From Euprymna scolopes (lineage: Eukaryota), in the NCBI GenBank assembly GCA_053919585.1, contig CM132784.1: a stretch of 64,000 bases of DNA; one strand, written 5' to 3'. This document shows positions 37,838 through 49,825 of this stretch, in pieces. Position 1 is the stretch's first letter; every line of letters starts with the position of its first letter. Under the pieces are notes generated by a model. It searched no databases, was not told where the DNA came from, and was given only the letters and a program-made list of their open reading frames with translations. The position numbers and the translations under genes are program-made.

Positions 37838-39262
37838 CAGTGGCACCAAAAAGAAAGTCTGCGTTTGTCATTTTTTTTTTTTTTTCAAAACCGCAAATTT
37901 AAGTTAAATTGAATGTAACTGTTTAAACAACCTATACTTCATTAGATTCACTTTTTCTTCCTTTATAATTTTACCTGTTCCTATTTGACTTTTAATTGAA
38001 GTATCCTAGTGTTCATGTCAATTTAAAAAATTAACTTCAAATCAAGAAGACAAAAAGAAACTGTACAATGGAAAATGTAACTTTAGGACATTAATGCAAC
38101 AAATACAACAGGAACACAATGAACTAGTTATTATTTAGTAGCATACTCTTTCTGCAATTTTTTGAGCATTCCTTGAATTAGTCTGGTGACAGGGTATCCC
38201 ACTTCTCTAATTTTTGTCCAAAGTTCTTCCAGATTTGAAATTTTGCTTGATATAATGCCATACGTTTTTGATAGGATTGAGGTCTGGAGATTGTGCAGAC
38301 CAATTAAAACACAGAATCTCATGCTCTTCAAGAAACCTCTTGACATTACCAGCTGTGTGAATGAGAGCATTATCCTGCATGAAGATGGGATTATCATCCA
38401 AATTCCAGCCAAAGTAGGGTAGAAAATGCTCAATCAACATTAATGTACTTGGTCAAATTAATTAGACCTTGCAAGCGAATAATATGCCTTGGACCATTGG
38501 CATTAATGAGGCTGCCTCACCAAAACTGAACCTCTACCACCTTGCAGGCTTGAAACTCTTCACTTAGGATTAAATTCTTTGTCCTTCTTTCAATGAACAT
38601 ACTGCCTACCGTCACTGCCTAGCCTATTGAACTTGTGTTCGTCACTAAAAATCATTTTTGACCAATATGAAGTCATGATCTTCAATGCATCTGACAAAAT
38701 CGTAAGTCTTTCCTGTTCTTTACAAAAATCATTGACTTGGGTCTTGCAGCACAGCCTAGCAAATTAAATTCCTTCAGTCTATTCTTAACTGTAGAAAGAG
38801 GGCACTTATTAACAAGATTACACTGTTGTTGGATTTGGGGAGTCATTTCAAATCTGTTTCTGAGGCTGCGGATCTTTATAGCATTATCTTCCCTGTAAGA
38901 AGTAACTTGAGGATGACCAGATTTAGGGGCATCACGAACACTGCCTGTGTTTTGGTGCTTTTGCATAGTCATTCGTACCGTTTTCTCATCACATTTCAAT
39001 CTACAGCTGACTTCTCCATTGGATAAACCAGAAAGGTGGAGATTAATGAGTTCCTGACGATCACTAAGATAAAGTCAAAGCATATTGACTAAATGTTACG
39101 TTGTATAACCTGAACCAACAAACAATTACGATTAGAGATGCTTTGTTGCCTAAAAAGTGGATATTTTAAGCTAGCTTTAAGCTCATTTGTTGCTGCGGAG
39201 TTTCTTTTTGCCTTCTTGATTTGAAGTTAATTTTTTAAATTGATGTGAACACTAGAATACTT
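37838..39262 (-). mobile_element. Degenerate Tc1-like (DD34E) transposon
   Basis: ta|CAGTG end; GSVRDAPKSGHP, FSDE, FMQDNA, WSAQSPDLNPIKNVW; inverted segments 38004-38061 / 39200-39259. Confidence 0.88.
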
Positions 39263-39660
39263 AAATCAAATATATATACATACACACACACAATATTATA
39301 TTTTTTTTTTAAATTGAAAACAAATGTGAAGTGTTGCAGGTTTTGGCATGGAAGGAAAGAATTCTTTTAACTTGCAATTTTTATTTTCAACTTTATTTTA
39401 TTTTATTTTTTCATTTTATTTCTTTAGAATTATTTGATTACGGTGTTATGTACAGGTGAGTATTTGATACCCTGGAGCCATTACATTTTGGGATTATATT
39501 TTTCCTTAGTCTCTTGATGTGCCTTTTGAAGAAATGGGCTTGGAGTTAAATCTAGAGCTATGGTAAACAAATGATTTTTTTTTTTTCACAAAAAAGGTGA
39601 AGTTTGAGAATGTTTGCTCAAAACAAAATCTCAAATTTGAATTTTTGTTTTTTATTTCAG

Positions 39661-39809
39661 GCTGGAGTTGGAACTGGAACGAGACAAACGAGAGCGTGAT
39701 GCTCGGGAAAGAGAGCTGCGAGAAAGAGAATTGCGTGAAATGGAGATGAGGGAAAAGTTCAAAGCTGAATTGGAAATGAAACCACCCGGTACTCCTGGTT
39801 CAAAAATAC
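39661..39809 (+). CDS. RERE: RERE exon 11: RE dipeptide repeats
   Basis: tatttcag| acceptor; LELELERDKRERDARERELRERELREMEMREKFKAELEMKPPGTPGSKI; donor C|gtgagt (a same-phase alternative lies at 39788). Confidence 0.9.
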
Positions 39810-39937
39810 GTGAGTTTATTCTTTGCTCTATTTATGGGAGGGGGTGGGGGAATGATTTTTATGGAGTTAATCAAGGGTCTTAAAATGATCAAATTTGTTT
39901 CAATTTTGTGAATCAGTTTAATTATGTCATTTATCTC

Positions 39938-40232
39938 TATATACGGCATAATCACGTTGACACACCGATTCCCATCAGATCACTGAAGTTAAGCAATGTT
40001 GAGCCTGATCATTACTAAAATGGATAACCAATTTGGGAATTCCAGGTGCTGTATGTAGGAAGACGCCGACACCTGCCTACAAGAGTTGCAAAAAAAACGT
40101 AACGCCGTCATCTTCCTTGACAGGGATATACATGTGACTGGGGATTGTTTGTGAATTTTATACTTCCATGAAACTCCCTCCTTTGGAGGAAGCTGGTTAA
40201 ACCCAAATATAGGGTTAGTGCTGATGCACACA
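39938..40232 (+). mobile_element. 5S rRNA-derived SINE (full ~119-nt 5S-like head + body type A)
   Basis: tacggcataatcacgttgacacaccgattcccatcagatcactgaagttaagcaatgttgagcctg..tgggaattccaggtgctgta is colinear with metazoan 5S rRNA; no oligo-T terminator follows, the sequence runs into a repeated body. Confidence 0.8.
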
Positions 40233-41536
40233 CATTTATCTCTTTTCAATCTTGTTAAAATTAAAGATAAAAACAATTTTTTTTAAGTTGGTTTATTTTT
40301 CTGTATGCATAAATAAGAAATTGTTCCTACTAAATTTTGTATTCCTATGTCTAATTGCCTAAAAGATAACCCTTCTACTTAAATAGGAAACTGATCACAC
40401 TAAATTTCACATTTGTATATCTAATTGCATAAAAGAGGACATGCAAACATATCTTCATATTTGCTAATAAGCAATTTCTTGAACTAACAATAGAACCAAA
40501 ACATTTTAAAACGCAGATAAATTATGAAATTACTTTACTTAGTTAATCATATTGCATGAGTAATTTTGTAACTACCTTTTTTTTTTTTTTTAATTCTCTT
40601 CTTTTACTCTTTTTTAGACTGGAATGGAAAAAATTAAGAATAAAAAATCTTTAAAATGTTTTCGTTTACTAGTATTAAAATTTTTAAATTAAGATTTATT
40701 TTAAAAATCTAACATAAAATGTAACATTTTAATGAACCTTTTTCATTAATTTTATTCCAAAAAGAAATTAGTATGAACTTTATATTTTGTAAGAAACCAT
40801 TTTGCTGATATCATTCAAAATGAGATGCTATTTTTCCGCTAGTATCTAATAGTGAAGATATCAACAATTCTTTTCTGTTCACCATTTCCATGCTTCAGCG
40901 TAGATATTTCCTAAAAATATTATTTTTAGATGCCTCATTACATTTATTTGGAAGATTTTTTCAGTTGATCACAATCCAATGTTTTTCAAGAGTTATGACA
41001 TGATTAAAACGCAAGATTCTGGCAGTCCAAAACCTGCAAGCATGTGAAACAGATGTTAAACATAAGATGATTATGAAGTTTAATACTAATTTCGAAATTA
41101 GTTCCTAAACATAAGAAAACCAGATTATCAATCAGAAAACCTAATATTTACTAAATGTAATATAGACAAAGAAATTGTCTTTAAAAAAAAATACTAATTA
41201 GCCAAAAGATTGAATAATATTTTCTTAAAATGTCCAGATAATTTCAATTTTATGGTACAAATATTTTCCATGTTATGTATAGATTAGAGGGGACATCTAA
41301 AGACCAATATTTCCTTTAATTTTATAAAATAAATTGACTATTAAAGAATCGTTCAACATTTAAAAAAGATCACATAGAAAAATTTTAATTTTATTATTCT
41401 TAATAAGAAACTTATGTTTTGTGCAGACCAGTTTTAAATTTTAGACAGAAATTACACAAAATGTTATGAATAATTTCACAATTTTTTTTTTAATTTTTTT
41501 TATTAAATGATCATTTGACCCTTTAATTTCTTTTAG

Positions 41537-41737
41537 GCGGAAACACATTGGATGCCCCTCATTGGCTTGACATGAGACGTTTTAGTTACCCTCCCACTGC
41601 CACTGCTGGCCCGCTGGTTCAGCAGCCTGCAGGTAACAGCTCTAGCACTAATACACCTCATATACCTGGGGTTTATCCACCCAGTAGTTTAGCTAATGAC
41701 CTTTTGGCGCGAGAAAGAGAACGTTTGGAACGGTTAG
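41537..41737 (+). CDS. RERE: RERE exon 12
   Basis: cttttag| ... G|gtaagt; GNTLDAPHWLDMRRFSYPP...SLANDLLARERERLERL. Confidence 0.9.
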
Positions 41738-42665
41738 GTAAGTCACAAATCTTTTGGAATTTTTCTTTTCTTTCTAAATAGAGAATGAAACTTTCATCTT
41801 CAAATGTAATTTAATATTAAATTATTACAGTTGTTTCAGTTTTTAAATAATTTGATTAATAGTCATGTCTACATTATTAGTTTTTACAAATATTTTTTGT
41901 CGTTTAGTTTTCAACTAGTTTTATTTTAAAGATGATTTGAAACCCATGTGTTAAACAAAATTTCTGTATGTATTTTGCATTGAAGATTATTAAAGTTATA
42001 GGTAGGATTTCTTGATGTGGAAGTTAAGGCATCAAACAGAAGAAAATGGTGAGACATTTCATTCATGAGACAAAAGGCATTTCAAAAATCAGAAAGTGTC
42101 ACATAACTGTTTTCTATAGTCCTCATGTTTAGAAATCTGATATATTCTGGTACCACCTACAGTAGTAATATCTTGTTTGAAGAAAAAAATGAACATATAC
42201 TCAAGTTGAGCAACAAATTTATTTAAGCTAATTTTTTTAATTCTATGAAAAAAAGAAATGAAAAATTTGATTCATTTATAATTTTGTTAATTTAGCCTTT
42301 TTAGTTATAGGCAATCTGCATTATTGCTTTGTTGGTCCAGATGATTTCTTCATTTTGTTTTAATTGACAAGAGAAGTGAATCCTAACTAATATAAGAACA
42401 TTCTTGCAAATGGTATAATGACATCTAAATGGATAAACATAGATATTTTTATCCTGTTCAATGCTGATTTCAATCAAATATTCATAAAGGGGTGCCTTCA
42501 TACTTTTTTGATATGTATGTTCTGTTTGTAATATTGGCAATAAATTATTAGTGTACACCAAACTTTTAATGTCCAAAACCAAGATTTTATTACATACTTT
42601 GAATGGGAATGCCTGGCCCAGGCTAAAGAGGCAAGAAAAAGCAGTAACTGTGATAATATATCCTA

Positions 42666-43532
42666 CTAGTATGGGTGCCCGGCATTGCCCGGGTATTTTG
42701 AGGTGTATGCTGAGCAAAACAAAAAACAAAAAAGCAAAAAAAAGGCAAAAAAAAACCCGGTCAAATTTATAACTTTGACCCCTATTATAACCCCTTAACA
42801 TTTATTGTTTAGGGCTCTAATCAAGTTATTCAGTTAGATCCATGTCCAATGAACTTATATCTAAAATTTCAAATGTTTAGACCCAAAATTGTCAGGAGTT
42901 TTGTAGAGTTCTCAAAGGTCAAATCGTTGAACTTTGACACCTTAACAGCCAAATTTCTGGCCAAAAACCGATCACATAGATTTTCCGAAATCTCAGTACC
43001 CTGTATATCAAATTTCGAGTCTGTAGACTTAAAATTGACATTTATTGCGTAGGGAAATGTAGACACACACACACACGTTCACTTTTAGATATACTAGCAT
43101 GGGTGCCCGGCGTTGCCAGGGTATTTTGAGGTGTATGTTGAGCAAAAAAAAATAACAAAAAAAACGGTCAATTCGTTTTAACTTTGACCCCTCTTATGAC
43201 ACCTTAAAATTTGTTGTTTTGGGCTCAAATCAAGTTATTAAGTTAGATCCATGTCCAAGGAACCTATATCTAAAATTTCAAGTGTTTAAACGCAAAATTG
43301 TCGGAGGAGTTTGGTAGAGTTCTCAAAGGTCAAATTGTTAAACTTTGACCCCTTAATCGCCAAATTTCTGTCCGAAAACCGATCACATCGATTTCCCCAA
43401 ATCTCAGTACCCTGTATATAAAATTTCGAGTCTGTGGACTTAAAATTGACAGTTATTGCGTAGGGAAATGTAGACACAGACATATACACAGATAGACCGA
43501 TACAGACACGTTCACTTTTATAGATATATAGA
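42666..43532 (-). mobile_element. Head-to-tail tandem pair of non-autonomous Helitrons (42666-43089, 43094-43532)
   Basis: Two ~430-bp similar units, each with 5' TC, 3' cccgggcaatgccggg-type hairpin and CTAG. Confidence 0.82.
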
Positions 43533-45970
43533 TTCATGCCTATCTTCAGCAAAAATTTGTCTAGAAGAGTCAAGACCAACACTGGATCACAAATGTCTCA
43601 TGATCTGTTTTCATGTTATACACTAAAGAGTTTAGATACAACACTGACCTTAAAAAAACTGATTGTTTTTAAGATACTAACAAAGTTTAAAAAATTAAGG
43701 TTAATATTTTTTGTTAGTGCTAACAAAGTATAACAATAGAGGCAAAGTTAAAACGCCAGTACAAAACACGTCTTGGATTCAGTTAATTCAGTTTAAGAAC
43801 AGTAAAACAAAATAAAAATAATAGAATAAGCAATTGTGTCAATTTATTAACCTTGTCACGCATCAAGAAGGTTTAAATGAACACCATTTTTGTGGTATTT
43901 TATAAAGATGTGCTTCAGAGATTGTTACTTCTTAGTAAGGGTAATGAGACTCTTGAACAACCCTGTATTTTTATAAATTTAGAATGTGATCTATGTACTT
44001 GATGTTTAGAAATTATCATTATCTTAAAAATGACACTAATTTCATTTTAAAGATATGACATAATATTTTAAGTTTTAGCTAAAAAAGCCATGAAGAATTT
44101 ATGAAAGAAAATATAACAGAAATGAGTACAAAAAAATTCAAGAATTGAAGCATAAAAAAGTAACTAATGTAATTGAGATGTAGCATTTAATTTTTTTTAT
44201 TTGTTTTGTATTCCGTAATATTTAAATGTACACAAGAGATGAATTAAGTTTGAATTTTAAAAGGATATATAGTTTTAATAGATTTTATATCATTTTTGTG
44301 TGATTGATTACTGGACGTATATAACATCAAAAAGTTTATCAGGATGATTGTTGAGAATCTTTTATCAGTTATTTAAATATTTCCAAAAGATTTTCATATC
44401 AAGCAACTTAGGACAAGTAGGTCCAGCTCCTTGTCTTCTAGTAGAAATGTTTGGAAGAAAACATAAGGGGTGAAAGATTGGTTACTGGTGCCTTAAAATC
44501 AGTTTGTTTTGGGCTGACAAAGCTTGTCTTGGATGACTGTCTATTTAGAATAAAGAATTACTTTCATTTAAAATCTGAGATAGGTTGGGCTCTTCAGCTA
44601 GATCTATGGCAACCCACTGAAGACAAAACTTTGTGAAACTGTCAACCAAATTGACTGACTGAGAAAGAAGAATTTACCAAAATGCAACTATGTCAAACCA
44701 AGTAAGAATAAGATACATCCTGTTAGAATGCAAAATCTTTAAGATGAGACAAAAATAATTCAACAGAAGAAACCGAAGAGAAATCTATGAACAGATAATT
44801 ATCAATGAAATGTGTGAATTATTTGCAGAAATCTTCAACAAACTATAATGCTTGCTCACAAAATAAAGATGCATAAATCACAAATATAAAATGAAATATC
44901 TAAAGGAAAAAAATCCACCTATAAAATGATTATGCAAATGAAACAACTATCCAATCAACACAACCCGTCTTCTACAGACAATTTCACTTAAAAAGAAATT
45001 AAAAAATTTTTTTTTATCAAGCAGTTATCAAACAGTCTAACCATGTACACAGATTCAACATAAAATGATCAATCAGAGGTTGACATTCCATGAAACACAA
45101 CAATCAATCATTTCACTAGCGTGAAATCAAGATTGACTGGAATGTGATTAGAATGTGTGATGATCAGATTCCAAAACATCTTACATACAAAAAGTTAACT
45201 GAAGGAAAGTGTTCACCACACAAACTTGAAATAAGGCATAAAGAATGAATTGATGGAAGCAAATGTTAATGGTTAGAAGACATTAACTCATGATCATTCT
45301 TTGTTGGAGAAGTGAAAGCAAAATAGCAAGACATTATTAGAAAGAAATTGCATCATGAGAAACCCAAGAGATGCACGCAAGAAGTTTGGCATCATTTATC
45401 AGAATCTGGGATCTCAAACTGATTCTTACCTCTAATGAATGTGAAAGGGTCTGTCACAGTAATGATTGTCTTAGAAGTCAGCAAAGACATGGATGTTTTT
45501 GACTATGGCTTAATGGTGCTTCTACATACTGAGTATGTGGAAATGAATGTATGTCCATTTGAAGACCCAAACATATGAGAATTGACCAGAACAATGTTTC
45601 ATTTTCAAAGCATTATGCGTACTTGTACGAGAGAATTTAGATCCTTAGCTGGGCTAAATAGCCACATTCATTCTACATGTTTAATAAATAGATTTAGGGC
45701 ACCTATCATATCATATATATGTCTTTAATAATTAAATATATTTTTTTTAACTAAATTCATCTCTTTTGTTTTAATCATTTTGTGTGCATTGGTTTATTTA
45801 TTTTTTTTAACCTCTTACATTGAAGAGTCAGACTCTGGTTGTGAATTTCACTTTTGTTTGTTTACGCATTTTTTTTCTACACACCATGTCATTATTTGTT
45901 TATATCCTTGTCCCGTCCTCTTCCTTTTTAAAATTGTATATGTAGTTATTGACTCGGCATGTTTATCCAG

Positions 45971-46303
45971 GTTTTTCGACTGGCATCTCTCATTTGCTGG
46001 GTGAGCAGGGTTACGTGACGGCGGCATCAGCAGCAGCAGCTATGGACAGGATGTCTGCCGAGCGGTTGCAGGCTGAGCGACTGGCACTCAGTACGGATCC
46101 AATGGTCCGCCTACAGATGGCCAGCCTTTCGGCCTCGGCTGCTGCCTCGGCAGCGTCCACCCATGCACACACCCACACTCATGCCCATGCTCACACGCAC
46201 CTGCACGTGCATCAACAGGACCCTGTCGCAACGCCAGTCCATCCCTCATATGTACCAGCTTCTAACCCCGCATCTCAGCATTTGCTCCAAGCAATCTGTC
46301 AAG
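45971..46303 (+). CDS. RERE: RERE exon 13: HX (His) repeat
   Basis: tatccag| ... AAG|gtaagc; ...AERLQAERLALSTDPMVRLQM...THAHTHTHAHAHTHLHVHQQD. Confidence 0.92.
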
Positions 46304-49300
46304 GTAAGCCGGCCCACCCCTTCCCCTCCGAATGTGGGGTGGCCAGATGTCACCGCTACCACTACCACCTGCAGTGGACCCACTCGTATTAATCTGCACT
46401 TTCAAATTGTCGTTACAGATATTCTTCATAGCGATCACATGACAGGACGAATGATTTATGAAATTTACTCTCAACGACTAACAAATGAACAACACATCTA
46501 CTTGCAAAGAGTAACTAACGAGTGTTACCTACGTTCAAAGCATGATAGAAGTTTGGTAGATCCCTCACATTTGGTGTATCAATTTTCTCGTAAGTTCATT
46601 ATTGTAGATCATAATATATATATACATGTGTATATATTTAATATAAATAAATATATATACATCTGTATGCATATGTCTCTTGGTATTGCTTTTTACTGTA
46701 CCAAAGGTTACTGCTGTTTTTCAGCTGACCTTCAAAGCCTGAGTTGTGGTATATATACATATATATACATTTATACATATTTGAGAACAGTGAATTCCTT
46801 TATCTTTATAGTTTGAGGATTTATTGTTATTTGGTGGGAGATAAAGAGGTCCTTTATTTATTATCGTGTTTATTATCATGAAACGTGTGGTGGTTGAGAA
46901 ATTCTAGGAATTTATAAAAATACTTTTCCTTATTTTATATAAGCAACCTCATTACACAATATCAACTGTTTTTTTTATCTTTTTTGTTATTGGTAAAGTT
47001 ATTTTATTTTTAAATAAAAGGAAGTTGGTTTGAGGTGGAGAGTTTTTAAGTCTTTATCCTATAAAGCTGGCAATTCCAATGTTGCACTTAAGTTTAGAAG
47101 AGTATTTGTTTTTTTTTTTGTTTTTTTGTTTGTTTTTTTTTTGTTTTTTTTTTTGCTCTGTCAAACATTTATTTAAGATAGAATTTTTTAAGGGCCAACT
47201 ATTTTAAGATTATTTTCTTTTAAAATGAACTTAGTTTCAAATATTGTTATAAATCTGATGTTTACTCTACAGATCTTCAAACCCACTTCATGATTTTGGA
47301 AATCCCCCCCCCCCCAACCCTTTTCATATGACTAAATTTTTACGTTATTATTGGTTATCCTTTTGCTCTTGTCATCTGTAGTTCATTTTGTTATGTTTTA
47401 ATTTCAATGCTCTTTCCATCATGTGCAAAGATGAATCTGTTATTATTAATAGCACTTTCCACAATAGACTAATCACACCTGCAATTTAATATGAACGTGA
47501 CTCCAGAACTCAATATGAGCTTCCCGCAGTTTATCTTTGAATTTCTCTAAAATTATTTGCCTTAAGAAATTTTCATTTAGAATTATTTTCTTTATTTTGT
47601 TTTTTGTTGCCTAACTTTTACAAATTGTGGACAAGTTTATGATTTTCTCAGTTTTTGAACATAAGTTTCTGCTGGTTATTTTAAGGCAGTATTTTCTTCT
47701 TTAATCATCCAGAGTATTTTTTTTTTATATATATTTTTGTTTAGTATTGCTGTTCATGAACATTATTCATTATTCAATAAAAGTGCGGCTGTTTTTGATG
47801 TGAAATGACTTTACTTAACAATAGGTTTAAAATTTGGGAAACTTGTCTTAATAATTTCATTTAAATTTTTATGTAAAAAAAAATCAATTTGAAGATGTAA
47901 ATCCCTAAAATATCTATGATCTCAGAATAAATAGAAACCTACTAATCAAATTATTTTTTTATTAAATAAACACCATTTGCGCTTAATTCATCCAATTTAT
48001 TTGAAACATTTTCTATATTAGTACTATTTTTAACCTGATTTAATCTGATTGGGTAATTTGTTCTCTAAAATATATTAGTTTATCAGAAAAAAAACTATCC
48101 AACCTTGATTTAGTCTTTGAAATCTTCTGGCATACAATTTTCCAATATGAGGAGAGATTTTCAAAAACAGCATTTTATATAAAATTATTGTTAAATGATA
48201 CGTATTTATCACAATCAACTGATAAAAAGAAAATTGTTTAACATTACTATTGTTACGTTTTATGTCTTTCATTTGACGTTTTTCATGTTTGTTTTTACTG
48301 TTTCCTTTCAAAGGAATGAACACTTTCATTCTACACTTCTCTCACATTTAAGTTATTACTCTAAAAGAAAAAAAAAAGTGTTGGTCATTTATTATTTCTT
48401 GCTTCTCGCAATATCCTCATCCCTAGTGGTCGTTCAAAGTTATTTTTTCATTTTCTAATTTTTAGAAGCAGACATCTGATCTCTATTATTGGCCATGTAT
48501 GACAGGTGGTCTGTCCTCCTTAAGAGATCTGTTAAGTTATTGCTTATCTTTTTTTCTGTTGCTAATACAACTGAGTTTAGTTTTTGTAAGGAGGTTTTAT
48601 TTTCATCAACTTTTTTTAAAATTTAATGTAAACAAATCTTTTTTCACTATACAAGAAAAATATTTTTAAAGAATTAAATGATTAAAACATAATCTATTAA
48701 TTTTGAGTAATTTATTTATTTTATTTATTTTTTTAAATAAAAGCTTTTTCAGCAAACATTTTTGTTAAAGACAAAATGAATTTTTTTTTTTCAATTATGA
48801 TTGAACCACTATTACTATGAATTGGGTTTACTTTAATATTTTGATTATATTTTTTTTTCATTTTTACATTAGATTTTTCATTCGACTTTCTGAATGGATA
48901 CGTCTTTATTAGTGTTATGAGATTGTTTTTACTTTTATTCTAGTCTAAGCAAAAACTGTATGGGAGAAAATGTTTTGGCAATAGATTTTCCCTTAATTTG
49001 TATATCTTATTACCGTATTTTTTTCATAAAGTTTTACTAGATTACGTTTTATATTCCTTTAAAATCATCTTTATAGTTATGTAGTATTCAAGTCTCGCAT
49101 AACAAAATTCTACTAAACCCTTCCCCCTTTTTTCATGTCATTTCGTTATTGTCTGTGTGGATGGACCTGAAGATTTCTTTTAATTTATCCCTATATTCAA
49201 CAATATTAAAATTTGAACAAATTGTAAGAAATTTAAGCTTATACCTTTCGTCCTTCTTCATTTTTGATATATTTCAAATGTTTTGTTTTTTTCTTTTTAA

Positions 49301-49794
49301 TATCTTATCTCTGTATATGTTATTAGTCTTTTGCTAATCTGCTACAGTTTTGTTTGTGTTGCACTCTTCGCTCTCTGTACTTGCGCGGCGCGTGTGTCAG
49401 TGCATATCTTTATCTTTCTTGCTATTGTTTTTGTATAGAATTAGGATGTCCATTGTGTGTGTGTGTGTTGTATGTTGTTTGTTCTAATTTCTGTATTTTT
49501 TAGCAGATATTACTTTATAGTTTAGGAGAAATAAATAGAGAGGCTCAATTATGAGTATAAGAGTGATGTATATCCTTGGCAATACTATGCAACATTCAAA
49601 TGAGCAACCAACATAAAGAGAACACGTTTCAGCCTTGTGTTCTTCTTAGTCAAATGGTAACCGCAATAATCATTTGACTCAGAAAGGTACAATACTGAAA
49701 TTTTCGTCATCAGGCGGACTTTTTAAATAATTCCTCAATATTTTGAAACTCATAGGCATCACATAGCTATTAACTTAGACTTCATATAGTATTG

Positions 49795-49825
<31 letters not shown>

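Noticed and set aside
39938-40056. Functional 5S rRNA gene
   Set aside because: Many substitutions, no oligo-T terminator, dispersed copies and continuation into repeat bodies; treated as a SINE head.
41608-41640. Internal in-phase donor (GCA G|gtaaca) in exon 12
   Set aside because: Using it would delete the conserved-looking LLARERERLERL segment; no supporting evidence.
42301-43733. Several 65-166 aa ORFs on both strands
   Set aside because: They lie in or beside the tandem non-autonomous Helitrons; no protein motifs.
44612-44645. CTGAAGA...GAAA.GTC hammerhead-like motif, followed by about 1 kb of possibly Penelope-derived sequence
   Set aside because: Stem I cannot be formed and I could not recover recognisable RT or endonuclease motifs by eye.
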